NCBI GenBank assembly: GCA_028866945.1
Contig: JAGWHE010000005.1
Span: 1-32,000 of the forward strand
Reading direction: 5' to 3'
DNA from: Nitrososphaerota archaeon
Lineage (GTDB): Archaea; Thermoproteota; Nitrososphaeria; Nitrososphaerales; Gagatemarchaeaceae
DNA length: 32,000 bases
The stretch's first letter is position 1, and every line of letters starts with the position of its first letter. The position numbers and the translations under genes were made by a program. Positions 1 to 8,850 of the stretch are shown here, one piece after another. The notes under the pieces are model-generated. The model had not been told where the DNA came from. It made no database searches and worked only from the letters and a program-made list of their open reading frames with translations.

Positions 1-766
1 CTTCGCCCCTCACCGCCTCGGTGATCAATATCCCCGAGGGGATCAGCCCCGAAGGGTGGAACTGGATGAACTCCATGTCCTTGAGCGGGATCCCTGCCCT
101 GTAGGCCGCAGCCATGCCGTCCGGCGTGGAGCTATAGGCATAGGTCGCGAAGCTGTAGAGCCTGCCCGAACCTCCCGTCGCCATGATACCGGCCTTGCCG
201 AGGATCTGAGCGAAGGCTCCTGTCTTCATTTCTATGGCGGTGAAGCCCCTGAACTCCCCGCCCTCGGCCAGGATCGAGGTGACGAACCACTCCTGGTAGA
301 AGTGGATGTTGTCGTACTTCGTCGCGGTGTCGTAGAGGGTCTGCATCTCGAAGAACCCCACCTTGTCTTCGGCGTAGGTCGCCCTCGGGTAGCTGTATCC
401 TCCGAACCACCTCTGGGCTATCCTCCCGTCCTCCCGCCTGCTCCATGGGAGCCCCCAGTGGTCGAGCTGATAGATCTCCCCGGGCATCGCGCCGACGAAC
501 CTCTCGACCGCGTCCTGATCGGCGAGGTAGTCCGACCCCTTCACGGTGTCGAAGGCGTGGGACTCGAGCGAATCTCCCAGCTCAGGGTAGAGGACCGCGG
601 CCGTCCCTCCCTCGGCGCTTACGGAGTGAGAGCGCATCGCCTGGACCTTGGTAATTACAGCGATGTCCTGCTTGCCCCCGCTGGCCCTGGCCGCTTCGAT
701 TGCTGCCCTGAGGCCTGCGATCCCGGACCCGACAATCACTACGTCGTGCCTCGCGGTCTCGACCAT
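1..766 (-). CDS. sdhA: succinate dehydrogenase / fumarate reductase flavoprotein subunit, N-terminal ~255 aa (3' end runs off the window)
   Basis: Absent from the ORF track because it is open at the window edge. My reverse-strand translation from the ATG at 766 reads MVETARHDVVIVGSGIAGLRAAIEAA (GxGxxG FAD fold), RSHSVSAEGG (covalent-FAD His motif), DTVKGSDYLADQDAV and FIQFHPSG. The listed + ORF 56..805 is its antisense shadow. Confidence 0.85.
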   Translation of the reverse strand, partial: MVETARHDVVIVGSGIAGLRAAIEAARASGGKQDIAVITKVQAMRSHSVSAEGGTAAVLYPELGDSLESHAFDTVKGSDYLADQDAVERFVGAMPGEIYQLDHWGLPWSRREDGRIAQRWFGGYSYPRATYAEDKVGFFEMQTLYDTATKYDNIHFYQEWFVTSILAEGGEFRGFTAIEMKTGAFAQILGKAGIMATGGSGRLYSFATYAYSSTPDGMAAAYRAGIPLKDMEFIQFHPSGLIPSGILITEAVRGE

Positions 767-790
767 TGGCTCCCAGTCGGGGTCTCCGGA

Positions 791-802
791 TTTTCATTTT
801 CT
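791..802 (-). promoter_or_regulatory. possible TATA-like element for sdhA
   Basis: The minus strand reads GAAAATGAAAAT, an A/T-rich island centred ~30 nt upstream of the sdhA ATG at 766. Confidence 0.3.
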
Positions 803-902
803 TAGGCCTTTCCCTAAAACCACCCGACCGCCGGAAAACAGATGCTAACGCGAGCAAACGCGCGTTTTCGGGGCGCCTCAACCTCGTTTCATCAAGGACA
901 CG

Positions 903-909
903 TTTATAA
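903..909 (+). promoter_or_regulatory. TATA box for the ribosomal protein operon starting at L22
   Basis: TTTATAA lies in an otherwise GC-rich spacer ~42 nt upstream of the GTG at 948. This leaves a short leader containing GAGAGGG. Confidence 0.45.
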
Positions 910-947
910 CCGCATCAGCAATCGGCCGGGTCTACGAGAGGGATAAA

Positions 948-1409
948 GTGCCTCATTACGGTTACAGTTTCGAGGGTTTCGACCCGGCGGTACATGTCAG
1001 GGCTAGCGCGAGGGAGGTCAACATCTCCCCCAAGGCCGCCCGTGAAGTAGCTGTCACGATAAGGGGCATGCTGCTCACGAAGGCAATCGACCTACTAGAG
1101 CTCGTGGAAAGCAAGAAGATGTCCATCGCCTTCAGGAGGCACAAGCTCAAGGTGGGCCACCGAAGCGAGCTCCAGGGCTTCCCCACGGGATCCTACCCGG
1201 TGAAGGCCGCCAAGGCGTATCTCAACGTATTGAGGAACCTCCAGGGCAACACCGAGTTCAAGGGGCTCGACCCCGAGAAGGTCAAGATCATCCACGCCGC
1301 CGGCTACGCCGGAAGGACGATGAAGGACTACGTCCCCCGCGCCTTCGGCCGGAGCTCACCCAACTTCCACCAGCTGGTGCACATCGAAGTCGTGGGCAAG
1401 GAAGTATAG
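948..1409 (+). CDS. rpl22: 50S ribosomal protein uL22
   Basis: 153 aa with a GTG start. Typical archaeal L22 sequence (ISPKAAREVAVTIRGM...AIDLLE...VPRAFGRSSP...HIEVV) and its position ahead of S3. Confidence 0.93.
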   Translation: MPHYGYSFEGFDPAVHVRASAREVNISPKAAREVAVTIRGMLLTKAIDLLELVESKKMSIAFRRHKLKVGHRSELQGFPTGSYPVKAAKAYLNVLRNLQGNTEFKGLDPEKVKIIHAAGYAGRTMKDYVPRAFGRSSPNFHQLVHIEVVGKEV

Positions 1410-1411
1410 CC

Positions 1412-2101
1412 ATGTCAGTCCAGCAACAGCGGCGAACCACGGTAAAGTCGATCCTCATCACGAGCAAGTCATACGCCGACCTGGACGAGTTCTTCGAGAA
1501 GGAGCTGAGGGACGCAGGTTACGGCGGGCTGGAGATTCAAAAGTCCCCCATCGGGACCACCCTGAAGGTGTACGTTGCCAGGCCCGGCCTCGCCATCGGG
1601 CGAAGGGGGACGGGCATCAAGGACCTGACCGACAAGGTCAACGCGAAGTACAACCTGCCCAACGCCCAGATAGCGGTGACCGAGGTGGAGAACCCGGAGC
1701 TCAACGCGAGGATAATGGCCGCCCGCATCGGCCAGATCGTGACCCGCGGCACAGCATTCCGCAGGGCAGCCCAGTGGTCGGTCAACAACATAATGAACGC
1801 CGGCGCCGCCGGCGTGGAGATATCGGTCGCGGGCAAGCTCAGGAGCGACAGGTCCCACGGCGAGAAGTACAGGGCGGGGATAGTCCCCAAGAGCGGGGAC
1901 ACGGCTGACAGGTCCGTCAGCGGGGCGACGACCGACGTCCTGACGAAGATGGGTCTGTACGGAATCAAGGTGAAAATCGCGCTAAAGGACGCTCTGCCTC
2001 CGGACTTCCTGATGAAGGAAGACGTGAAGGAAGAGAACACAGAGGAAAAGAGAGAAGATGCCACAGCTCAAGCCGAAGGAACTCAGGGAACAGGACGCTG
2101 A
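1412..2101 (+). CDS. rps3: 30S ribosomal protein uS3
   Basis: 229 aa with a KH-domain core (LEIQKSPIGTTLKVYVARPGLAIGRRGTGIKDL). It has a Glu/Lys-rich C-terminal tail, and its 3' end overlaps L29 by 44 nt. Confidence 0.93.
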   Translation: MSVQQQRRTTVKSILITSKSYADLDEFFEKELRDAGYGGLEIQKSPIGTTLKVYVARPGLAIGRRGTGIKDLTDKVNAKYNLPNAQIAVTEVENPELNARIMAARIGQIVTRGTAFRRAAQWSVNNIMNAGAAGVEISVAGKLRSDRSHGEKYRAGIVPKSGDTADRSVSGATTDVLTKMGLYGIKVKIALKDALPPDFLMKEDVKEENTEEKREDATAQAEGTQGTGR

Positions 2102-2264
2102 CAAGCTCAGGCAGATGCTCTTCGACCTCAGGTCGGAGCTCTCCAAGCTTGCCGGCGGGGCCCAGAGGGGGCTGGTCAAGAAGGACGTCGGCAACATCCA
2201 CAGGATTCGGAAGGACATCGCGCGGGTGATCACCGTGATGCACGAGAAGGGGGTAAAGGAATGA
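2058..2264 (+). CDS. rpl29: 50S ribosomal protein uL29
   Basis: 68 aa, MPQLKPKELREQDADKLRQMLFDLRSEL, a typical L29 helix-hairpin. Conserved position after S3. Confidence 0.9.
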   Translation: MPQLKPKELREQDADKLRQMLFDLRSELSKLAGGAQRGLVKKDVGNIHRIRKDIARVITVMHEKGVKE

Positions 2265-2497
2265 ACGTAATCGGGGAGAAGATCAAGGTGCTGACAGCCA
2301 CAGACCCGACCCTGGTCGGCAGGACGGGCCGCATCGTGCTCGAGACGGCCAACACCCTGACCCTGGACGCGCTGGGGAAGAACCTCCGCGTCGGGAAGGC
2401 CGGGATATCTTTCATGCTCGTAGGCTCCGGCAGGATCGTGACCGGGACCGACATCGCGGGGCGGCTTCAGGACAGGCTCGGGAGGCGGTCACGATGA
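2261..2497 (+). CDS. rnp1: RNase P protein component 1 (Rpp29/Pop4 family), minimal form
   Basis: 78 aa with a Sm-like barrel pattern (IGEKIKVLTATDPTLVGRTGRIVLETANTLTL...GRIVTGTDIAGR). It sits in the archaeal-specific slot between L29 and S17, with ATGA overlaps on both sides. Confidence 0.8.
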   Translation: MNVIGEKIKVLTATDPTLVGRTGRIVLETANTLTLDALGKNLRVGKAGISFMLVGSGRIVTGTDIAGRLQDRLGRRSR

Positions 2498-2820
2498 GCG
2501 CCGCGGGCCTCGACATCGCCGCGCCCAAGAAGAAGTGCGAGGACACGCGCTGCCCGTTCCACGGCGGGGTCAAGATCAGAGGGAGGCTCCTCTCGGGGAG
2601 GGCCGTCTCCACGGCAGGGAAGAGCTTCACGGTCGTCGAGATGCAGTACCTCCACATGATGCCGAAGTTCAACAGGGGGGAGAGGCGGAGGAGCCGCGTC
2701 AGCGCCCACGTGCCGCCCTGCATCTCGGTGAGGGACGGGGACGAGGTCACCATAGGGGAGTGCAGGCCGCTCTCGAAGACAATCTCTTTCGTCGTTGTCG
2801 AGTCTAGGAGGTCCGCCTGA
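2494..2820 (+). CDS. rps17: 30S ribosomal protein uS17
   Basis: 108 aa. Contains CEDTRCPFHG and GDEVTIGECRPLSKT, which are typical archaeal S17 motifs. Confidence 0.93.
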   Translation: MSAAGLDIAAPKKKCEDTRCPFHGGVKIRGRLLSGRAVSTAGKSFTVVEMQYLHMMPKFNRGERRRSRVSAHVPPCISVRDGDEVTIGECRPLSKTISFVVVESRRSA

Positions 2821-3254
2821 TGTCCACCAAGTCCCGTGCAGTTTCCGCCAAGGGCGTCGAGGAGTTCAAGAACTACATCACGAGGGCGATCCCGATATAC
2901 GCGGTCATCACCTGCGCGGACAACACCGGCGCCAAGACCCTCAGGGTCGTCCAGGTGACGAAGTGGAAGGGGAGGCACAGCAGGCTCCCGGCGGCTTCGG
3001 TCGGGGACTCGATCGTCTGCGTGGTGAAGAAGGGCCCTCCAGAGCTGAAGAAGACGGTGTTCGGCGCGGTCATAGTGCGGCAGAAGTATCCGGTCAGGCG
3101 GGTCAGCGGCCAGCGGGTGGCCTTCGAGGACAACGCCGCGGTCATAATCACGCCGGAGGGAGACCTGAAGGGGACCGACATCAAGGGACCTGTCGCCAGC
3201 GAGGCCGCAGAAAAGTGGCCGAGGATAGCCAACCTGGCTTCCATCATAATCTAG
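2820..3254 (+). CDS. rpl14: 50S ribosomal protein uL14
   Basis: 144 aa. Contains CADNTGAK, VGDSIVCVVKKG and AFEDNAAVII. TGATG overlap with S17. Confidence 0.93.
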   Translation: MSTKSRAVSAKGVEEFKNYITRAIPIYAVITCADNTGAKTLRVVQVTKWKGRHSRLPAASVGDSIVCVVKKGPPELKKTVFGAVIVRQKYPVRRVSGQRVAFEDNAAVIITPEGDLKGTDIKGPVASEAAEKWPRIANLASIII

Positions 3255-3259
3255 GTGAT
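3254..3259 (+). promoter_or_regulatory. Shine-Dalgarno-like GGTGAT upstream of L24
   Basis: GGTGAT is complementary to the conserved archaeal 16S 3' end (..AUCACC..). It lies 3 nt before the ATG at 3263. Confidence 0.5.
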
Positions 3260-3262
3260 ATC

Positions 3263-3553
3263 ATGAAGTTCGGTTCTGCGCTATCTGAAGAGCTGAGGGG
3301 GAAGCACCACAAGCGGGCCGTCCGTCCCCGCGTGGGCGACTCTGTGAGGATCGTCAGGGGCGAGTTCAAGGACATAGAGGGGAAGGTCACGAAGGTCGAT
3401 CCGAGCCGAGGCGTCGTGAACGTCGACGGGGTGACCAGAGAGAAGCTGAAGGGAGGCACCGCTCCCGTCCCCATAAACTCATCCAACCTGGTTGTCACCT
3501 CGCTGACCTTGGAGGACAAGTTGAGGAAGAAGAAGATGGAGGTGCCGCAGTAG
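3263..3553 (+). CDS. rpl24: 50S ribosomal protein uL24 (short N-terminus)
   Basis: Inner ATG of ORF 2795..3553, giving 96 aa. KOW motif VGDSVRIVRGEFKDIEGKVTKV. The ATG is preceded by GGTGAT. The upstream part of the ORF overlaps L14 and looks like out-of-frame sequence. Confidence 0.88.
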   Translation: MKFGSALSEELRGKHHKRAVRPRVGDSVRIVRGEFKDIEGKVTKVDPSRGVVNVDGVTREKLKGGTAPVPINSSNLVVTSLTLEDKLRKKKMEVPQ

Positions 3554-4282
3554 ATGGGCAAGAAGGGAGGGCGGAACAAACTGAAGCGCCTCGCTGCGCC
3601 GCGGAGCTGGGACATCTCACGCAAGTCCGACAGGTTCGTGTTCAAGCCGATGCCCGGGCCGCACCCGATCTCGTCGTCGTACCCGCTCGGGGTGGTCCTC
3701 AGAGACATGATGTCTGTGGCGGACCTCTCTAAGGAGCTGAAGTACATGGTCAAGACAGGGAAGGTGCTGGTGGACGGCACGGTGAGGGAGACCTCCCGGT
3801 TCCCCGTCGGCCTGTTCAACATAGTGAGCGTCCCCGCCGAGGGGACCGACTATCGCCTGGTCCCATCTCCCAAGGGGCTCGTCCTCGCCAAGGTCGGCGC
3901 CGAGGAGTCGCGAACCAAGCTCTGCAGCGTCCGCACCAAGACGAAGATCAGGGGCGGTCACATACAGTATGGGTTCCACGACGGCAGGTCGCTGGTGGAC
4001 GACGGCCTCAACCTGTCCCCGGGGGACGCGGTACTCCTTGAGGTGCCTTCTCAGAAGGTGGTCGGCCAGGCGAAGCTCGCGAAGGGCTCGTTGGGCCTCG
4101 TTCTCACCGGTGACAGGGCCGGTCAGCTCGGCAAGATAGCAGAGGTGAAGAAGGGCACCATATCACGCGAGAAGATGGTCAGGCTCACCCTCCCCAGCGG
4201 AGATGCGGAGGTGCCGTCGCGGCTCGTCTTCCCGGTGGGGACCACCGCACCCATGATCACGGTAGGAGCTGGAGCAAGTTGA
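3554..4282 (+). CDS. rps4e: 30S ribosomal protein eS4
   Basis: 242 aa, [24 protein letters not shown]...PGPH, a typical S4e N-terminus, with a KOW-containing body. Confidence 0.93.
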   Translation: MGKKGGRNKLKRLAAPRSWDISRKSDRFVFKPMPGPHPISSSYPLGVVLRDMMSVADLSKELKYMVKTGKVLVDGTVRETSRFPVGLFNIVSVPAEGTDYRLVPSPKGLVLAKVGAEESRTKLCSVRTKTKIRGGHIQYGFHDGRSLVDDGLNLSPGDAVLLEVPSQKVVGQAKLAKGSLGLVLTGDRAGQLGKIAEVKKGTISREKMVRLTLPSGDAEVPSRLVFPVGTTAPMITVGAGAS

Positions 4283-4806
4283 GCCAGAAGGCCGTCCAGC
4301 AGAACCCGATGAGGAAGATAGGGGTGGGCAAGGTAGTGGTGAACATAGGCCTGGGCAAGTCTGGGGAGGCCATCGAGAGGGGGAAGAAGGTCCTCGAACA
4401 GGTCACCGGCCAGGCCCCAGCTCAGACCAGGGCGAAGACCTCGGTGAGGGACTTTGGGATCCACAAGGGCGAGCCCATCGGCGTCGTGGTCACCGTCAGG
4501 GGAGACGAGTGCGTCCCTCTCATCACGAAGCTGCTGGCCGCGAGGGAGAAGAAGCTCCAGGGGTCCTGCTTCGACTCGCGCGGTTCCATCTCCTTCGGGA
4601 TAAAGGAGCACATCGAGATCCCCGGGATCCGCTACGACCCCGCCATCGGCATCCTGGGCATGAACGTGTCCATCCTGCTCGAGAGGCCGGGCTTCAGCGT
4701 GGCCCGGAGGAACAGGCGGACCTCCAGGGTCGGCAAGGCACACCGGGTCAGCCGGGACGAGGCGATCCAGTACTTCGCGGACAACTTCGGAGTGACTGTC
4801 ATATGA
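4279..4806 (+). CDS. rpl5: 50S ribosomal protein uL5
   Basis: 175 aa. TTG start overlapping the S4e stop. Contains [18 protein letters not shown] and [15 protein letters not shown]. Confidence 0.9.
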   Translation: MSQKAVQQNPMRKIGVGKVVVNIGLGKSGEAIERGKKVLEQVTGQAPAQTRAKTSVRDFGIHKGEPIGVVVTVRGDECVPLITKLLAAREKKLQGSCFDSRGSISFGIKEHIEIPGIRYDPAIGILGMNVSILLERPGFSVARRNRRTSRVGKAHRVSRDEAIQYFADNFGVTVI

Positions 4807-4964
4807 AAGAAAGACATCCAAAGGAGCGCAAGTACGGCAAGTCCACCCACTACTGCAAGAGGTGCGGACAGTACGGGGCGGTCATACGGTCATACGACCT
4901 TGTGCTATGCAGGCAGTGCTTCAGGGAGGTAGCCGAGAAGCTTGGCTTCAGGAAGTACGATTAG
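4803..4964 (+). CDS. rps14: 30S ribosomal protein uS14 (zinc-ribbon type)
   Basis: Inner ATG of ORF 4509..4964, giving 53 aa. CKRCGQ...CRQC zinc motif. ATGA overlap with L5. Confidence 0.9.
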   Translation: MKERHPKERKYGKSTHYCKRCGQYGAVIRSYDLVLCRQCFREVAEKLGFRKYD

Positions 4965-4970
4965 GTGATC
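4964..4970 (+). promoter_or_regulatory. Shine-Dalgarno-like GGTGATC upstream of S8
   Basis: GGTGATC lies 5 nt before the ATG at 4976. Confidence 0.5.
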
Positions 4971-4975
4971 TTTGG

Positions 4976-5368
4976 ATGCCAGCCACAAACGTCCTCGCAA
5001 ACCTATTCGCCAGCCTCCAGAACGCCGAGATGAGGAACAAGAAGGAGTGCGTGGTCATCCCAGCCTCCAGCCTCGCCAGCGAGGTCCTCAAGGTGCTCCA
5101 GAAGCGGAGGTACATCGGTGAGTTCGAGTACATCGACGACGGCGTCGGAGGGAAGCTCAGGGTGCAGCTCCTCGGGAGGATCAACAAATGCGGGGTCATC
5201 TCGCCCAGATTCCCCGTAAGGTCGTTCAAACTGGTGGACTGGGAGCACAGGTATCTCCCCGCGGTGGGGGTCGGCACTCTGATCGTCTCCACCCCGCAGG
5301 GGGTAATGTCGCACGTCGAGGCCCAGGAGAAGAAGATCGGCGGGAGGCTCATCGGGTATGTCTACTGA
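4976..5368 (+). CDS. rps8: 30S ribosomal protein uS8
   Basis: Inner ATG of ORF 4862..5368, giving 130 aa. Contains LANLFASLQNAEMRNKKECVV and GGRLIGYVY. Confidence 0.92.
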   Translation: MPATNVLANLFASLQNAEMRNKKECVVIPASSLASEVLKVLQKRRYIGEFEYIDDGVGGKLRVQLLGRINKCGVISPRFPVRSFKLVDWEHRYLPAVGVGTLIVSTPQGVMSHVEAQEKKIGGRLIGYVY

Positions 5369-5903
5369 GGCCTCCAAAGAGACCTACGTGACCCTCCCGA
5401 GCGGGGTCGCCGCTTCCATGTCTGGGAGGATCATCTCCGTAAAGGGAAAGCTGGGCGAAGCGCGGAAGAACTTCGAGAAGATCAACGTGAACATCTCCGT
5501 CCAGGGGGACAAGGTCGTCCTGTCGCCCTTCTCTAAGAAGAAGAAGGACAACGTGATAATCAACACGGTCACCAGCATCCTGAACAACATGGTCACTGGG
5601 GTGACCAAGGGGTACACCTACAAAGTGAAGGTCGTCTACGCCCACTTCCCCATCACGGTGAAGACCAAGGGGAAGCAGGTCCTGGTGGAGAACTTCGTGG
5701 GTGAGCGGTCCCCCAGGGTCTCGGCGATCGTCGGCGACTGCAAGGTCACCGTCGACGGGGACGACGTCATCGTCAAGGGGGTCTCGCTCGAGGACGTGGG
5801 CCAGACAGCCGCCAACATAGAGCTGGCCACCAAGGTCAAGCGCAAGGACCAGAGGGTGTTCCTGGACGGACTCTACATATACCATAAGGAGGAGGGTTCG
5901 TAA
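5358..5903 (+). CDS. rpl6: 50S ribosomal protein uL6
   Basis: 181 aa with the two-domain L6 pattern (GYTYKVKVVYAHFPITVK...VENFVGERSPR). Overlaps the S8 end by 11 nt. Confidence 0.92.
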   Translation: MSTEASKETYVTLPSGVAASMSGRIISVKGKLGEARKNFEKINVNISVQGDKVVLSPFSKKKKDNVIINTVTSILNNMVTGVTKGYTYKVKVVYAHFPITVKTKGKQVLVENFVGERSPRVSAIVGDCKVTVDGDDVIVKGVSLEDVGQTAANIELATKVKRKDQRVFLDGLYIYHKEEGS

Positions 5904-5908
5904 AAACC

Positions 5909-6337
5909 ATGCCGAAGGCGAAGCAGTCGGAGGAGGCGCGCATGAAGGCCCTGGTCGCCAAGCGCAAGCTGGCCAACGAGGCGAGGCCCGCCTTCGTGAG
6001 GCAGGAGAGCTGGCGCTACGTCAGGATACACCCCGAGTGGAGGAAGCCCAAGGGAGTGGACAGCAAGATGAGGCGCCAGGACAAGGGGTGGCCCGTGCTC
6101 GTCAGAGTGGGCTACCGCGGCCCGGCGGAAGCGAGGGGGCTACACCCGAGCGGTCATCTGGAGGTCGTCGTCCACAGGCCCGCCGACCTCGCCGTCCTGG
6201 TACCGGGACGAGACGTCGCAAGGATCGGCGCGACGGTCGGGGCGAAGAAGCGCGCGTCCATACTCGAGAGGGCCACAGAGCTCGGCATAAGGGTCGTAAA
6301 CCCGACAGGATTGAGAGTGATTGAATCTAAAGAGTAA
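5909..6337 (+). CDS. rpl32e: 50S ribosomal protein eL32
   Basis: 142 aa. Contains FVRQESWRYVRI...WRKPKGVDSKMR, which is diagnostic for L32e. Confidence 0.92.
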   Translation: MPKAKQSEEARMKALVAKRKLANEARPAFVRQESWRYVRIHPEWRKPKGVDSKMRRQDKGWPVLVRVGYRGPAEARGLHPSGHLEVVVHRPADLAVLVPGRDVARIGATVGAKKRASILERATELGIRVVNPTGLRVIESKE

Positions 6338-6755
6338 GAGGCGGCTCGCCGCGTCGGTCCTCGGCGTAGGCGTCGACAGGATCATCTTCAACGACGAGTA
6401 CTCGGACCTGATTCAGGACGCCATCACCAGGAGCACCATAAGGGGGCTCGTCGGCTTCGGGGCCATCAAGGTCGCGCCCAAGAAGGGGGTGTCCCGGGGG
6501 AGGTTCAGGGCCAAGTCAAAGAAGCTCCAGCGGGGCCGTGGGGCGGGCTCCACGGAGGGCAAGGCCACTGCCAGGAACCCGAGGAAGCAGGCCTGGATAT
6601 CCAAGGTCAGGGCGCTGAGGTGGAGGCTGAAGGTCGCCAAGGAGAGGAAGGAGATCAGCAACGGCGACTACAAGCGGCTGTACAAGCAGGTGAAGGGTGG
6701 CCAGGTCAGGGGAGTCAAGCACGTCCTCGACCTGCTGAAGGAGGCGAAGAAGTAA
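6321..6755 (+). CDS. rpl19e: 50S ribosomal protein eL19
   Basis: 144 aa with a TTG start. MNLKSKRRLAASVLGVGVDRI is the canonical L19e N-terminus. Confidence 0.92.
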   Translation: MNLKSKRRLAASVLGVGVDRIIFNDEYSDLIQDAITRSTIRGLVGFGAIKVAPKKGVSRGRFRAKSKKLQRGRGAGSTEGKATARNPRKQAWISKVRALRWRLKVAKERKEISNGDYKRLYKQVKGGQVRGVKHVLDLLKEAKK

Positions 6756-7336
6756 TGCCAGGGCACGTCCAGATACTAAGAAGGAGGAGGGAGGGGGTCA
6801 CCGACTACAGGTCGAGGCGGAAGGCCATCACCTCGCACAGGCCCCTGCTCGTTGTGAGGGTCTCCAACAAGAACGTCACCGCCCAGTTCGTCCGCCCGAC
6901 CGTGAAGGGAGACGTGGTCCTCTCGTCCTCGCACTCGAAGGAGCTTGCCAAGGCCGGCTGGCATGGGTCTGCAAAGTCAATCCCGGCATGCTATCTGCTC
7001 GGGCTCCTTGCGGGGAAGAAAGCCCTTGCGTCCGGGGTGAAGGATGCGGTGGCCTACAACGGCCTCATCCCGTTCATCCGCGGCTCGAGGGTGGCTGCGC
7101 TCCTGAAGGGCGTGGCCGACGCCGGAGTCGAAGTCCCGATGGGCGAGGAGGCGTTCCCGGACGAAGGTAGGATGTCTGGCAAGCACATAGCGGAGTACGC
7201 GGCGAAGCTCGCGGCCGAAGACAAGGATGCCTACTCCAAGAGCTTCGGAAGGCTCGTGAAGGGCGGCTTCAAGCCCCAGGACTATCCGGCTGAATTCGAA
7301 AAGATCAAGGCTGCGATCTCGGGGGCGGCCAAGTAA
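6755..7336 (+). CDS. rpl18: 50S ribosomal protein uL18
   Basis: Inner ATG of ORF 6620..7336 with a TAATG overlap, giving 193 aa. Contains RRRREGVTDYRSRRKAI and LLVVRVSNKNVTAQ. Confidence 0.92.
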   Translation: MPGHVQILRRRREGVTDYRSRRKAITSHRPLLVVRVSNKNVTAQFVRPTVKGDVVLSSSHSKELAKAGWHGSAKSIPACYLLGLLAGKKALASGVKDAVAYNGLIPFIRGSRVAALLKGVADAGVEVPMGEEAFPDEGRMSGKHIAEYAAKLAAEDKDAYSKSFGRLVKGGFKPQDYPAEFEKIKAAISGAAK

Positions 7337-7962
7337 TGGCATACCCGAGGCGCGAGCGCCAGGAGGAGGAGCAGGTCTGGCTCCCCAGGACCAAGCTGGG
7401 CCAGCAGGTCAACGACGGCAAAGTCACCTCTCTGGACGAGATATTCAGGAGCGGCCAGAGGGTCCGCGAGGCTGAGATTGTGAGGAAGCTCCTCCCAGAC
7501 CTGAGGAACGAGGTCGTCGGTGTGAGCGTCGTCCAGAAGCAGACTGACGCCGGGGAGCTGACCCGCTTCCTTGCCGTGGTCGCGGTCGGCAACGGAGCCG
7601 GGTGGTTTGGGGTGGGCAAGGGAAAGGCAATGCAGACGAGGGAGGCCATCGAGAAGGCCACCACTGCGGCGATGCTCAACATCATCCCCGTGAAGCTCGG
7701 GTGCGGTTCGTGGGAGTGCAGAGACGGAAGGCCCCACTCGGTCCCTTACAAGATCAGGGGGAAGGCCGGGAGCGTGACCGTGGAGATCATCCCGGCGCCG
7801 AGAGCGCTCGGCCTCGTCGCGGGTCCCGCCCTCAAGAACCTGCTGCAGCTGGCCGGGGTCAAGGACGCCTGGGTCAGGACCTTCGGCTCAACCAACACCA
7901 TGTCGTCCCTGGCGAACGCGGTCTACGACGCCTTCAAGATGTCGCACGGACTCAACGTATAG
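7336..7962 (+). CDS. rps5: 30S ribosomal protein uS5
   Basis: 208 aa. Contains WLPRTKLGQQV, VVQKQTDAGELTRF and VAVGNGAGWFGVGKGKA. Confidence 0.93.
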   Translation: MAYPRRERQEEEQVWLPRTKLGQQVNDGKVTSLDEIFRSGQRVREAEIVRKLLPDLRNEVVGVSVVQKQTDAGELTRFLAVVAVGNGAGWFGVGKGKAMQTREAIEKATTAAMLNIIPVKLGCGSWECRDGRPHSVPYKIRGKAGSVTVEIIPAPRALGLVAGPALKNLLQLAGVKDAWVRTFGSTNTMSSLANAVYDAFKMSHGLNV

Positions 7963-7969
7963 GTGGTAG

Positions 7970-8437
7970 ATGATGGCTCTCATCCTGATAGTCAACCTTC
8001 ACGGCTCGATCAACAGCTCGGCCCCGGTCAGGAAGTCGCTCAACGAGCTCTGGGTCGCGAAGAAGTTCTCCGCGTCCGTGGTCTCGGACGACGCCCCCAC
8101 CCTCGGCATGCTGAGGCTCTGCAAGGACTACATCGCGTGGTCCCCGATAGACGAAAAACTGCTCGCCGACCTGCTCACGAAGCGTGGGATGGTCAGCACC
8201 ACGAGGCCGCTGGACGCGGCCGCCCTCAAGGCGCTGGGGATCAAGAGCCACAAGGACCTGGCAGCCAAGATGGTGAAAGACCAGTCGAGGCTCTCGGCGG
8301 TCGCAGGCGTACTGCCCTACTTCCGGCTCGCCCCCCCGAAGGGGGGCTTCAGGCGCTCGATGAGGCGGCAGTTCACCGAAAAGGGGCTGCTTGGGAGCAA
8401 CCCGAAGCTGGAAGAGATAGTGAGGAGGATGTTCTAG
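7970..8437 (+). CDS. rpl30: 50S ribosomal protein uL30
   Basis: 155 aa archaeal long-form L30. Contains VRKSLNELWV...LRLCKDYIAW and FRLAPPKGGF. Confidence 0.9.
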   Translation: MMALILIVNLHGSINSSAPVRKSLNELWVAKKFSASVVSDDAPTLGMLRLCKDYIAWSPIDEKLLADLLTKRGMVSTTRPLDAAALKALGIKSHKDLAAKMVKDQSRLSAVAGVLPYFRLAPPKGGFRRSMRRQFTEKGLLGSNPKLEEIVRRMF

Positions 8438-8438
8438 A

Positions 8439-8840
8439 ATGCCGACCAGAGCCCGCAAGGGAAGGCGGTACAGGGGCATGAGGACCCACGGCTACGGGCA
8501 GATCGGTCAGCACCGCCACTCCGGAAAGCAGGGCGGGCACGGCAACGCCGGACTCCACAAGCACAAGTGGAGCTGGTTGGTGATCAACGACCCTGACCAC
8601 TTCGGCAGGGATCCGTTCAGACCTCCGGGGTACGTCCGCCCCGCGAAGTGGCTCAATGTGGGGCAGCTCGACGCCCTGGCCATGGGCCAAAAATCACTGG
8701 ACCTTGCGTCCCTTGGCGTGGACAAACTCCTCGGCTCGGGCGAAGTCGGCGGCGCCTACGAGGTGAAGGTCGCATCCTTCACAAAGAAGGCTCAGGCTAA
8801 AATAGAGGCCGCGGGCGGAAAGATCCTGGTCCAGGAGTAA
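8439..8840 (+). CDS. rpl15: 50S ribosomal protein uL15
   Basis: 133 aa. Contains RRYRGMRTHGYGQIGQHRHSGKQGGHGNAG. Confidence 0.92.
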   Translation: MPTRARKGRRYRGMRTHGYGQIGQHRHSGKQGGHGNAGLHKHKWSWLVINDPDHFGRDPFRPPGYVRPAKWLNVGQLDALAMGQKSLDLASLGVDKLLGSGEVGGAYEVKVASFTKKAQAKIEAAGGKILVQE

Positions 8841-8850
8841 GCCTCACCCA

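Noticed and set aside
56-805. 249-aa + strand ORF at the left edge
   Set aside because: It is the antisense shadow of the sdhA gene, whose minus-strand translation shows clear FAD-binding and covalent-His motifs. The + frame product is Arg/Pro/Gly-rich with no recognisable motif.
855-880. Small CGCG-AGCAAA-CGCG hairpin followed by a T run in the sdhA/L22 spacer
   Set aside because: The stem is only 4 bp and no upstream same-strand gene would use it as a terminator. It is likely fortuitous.
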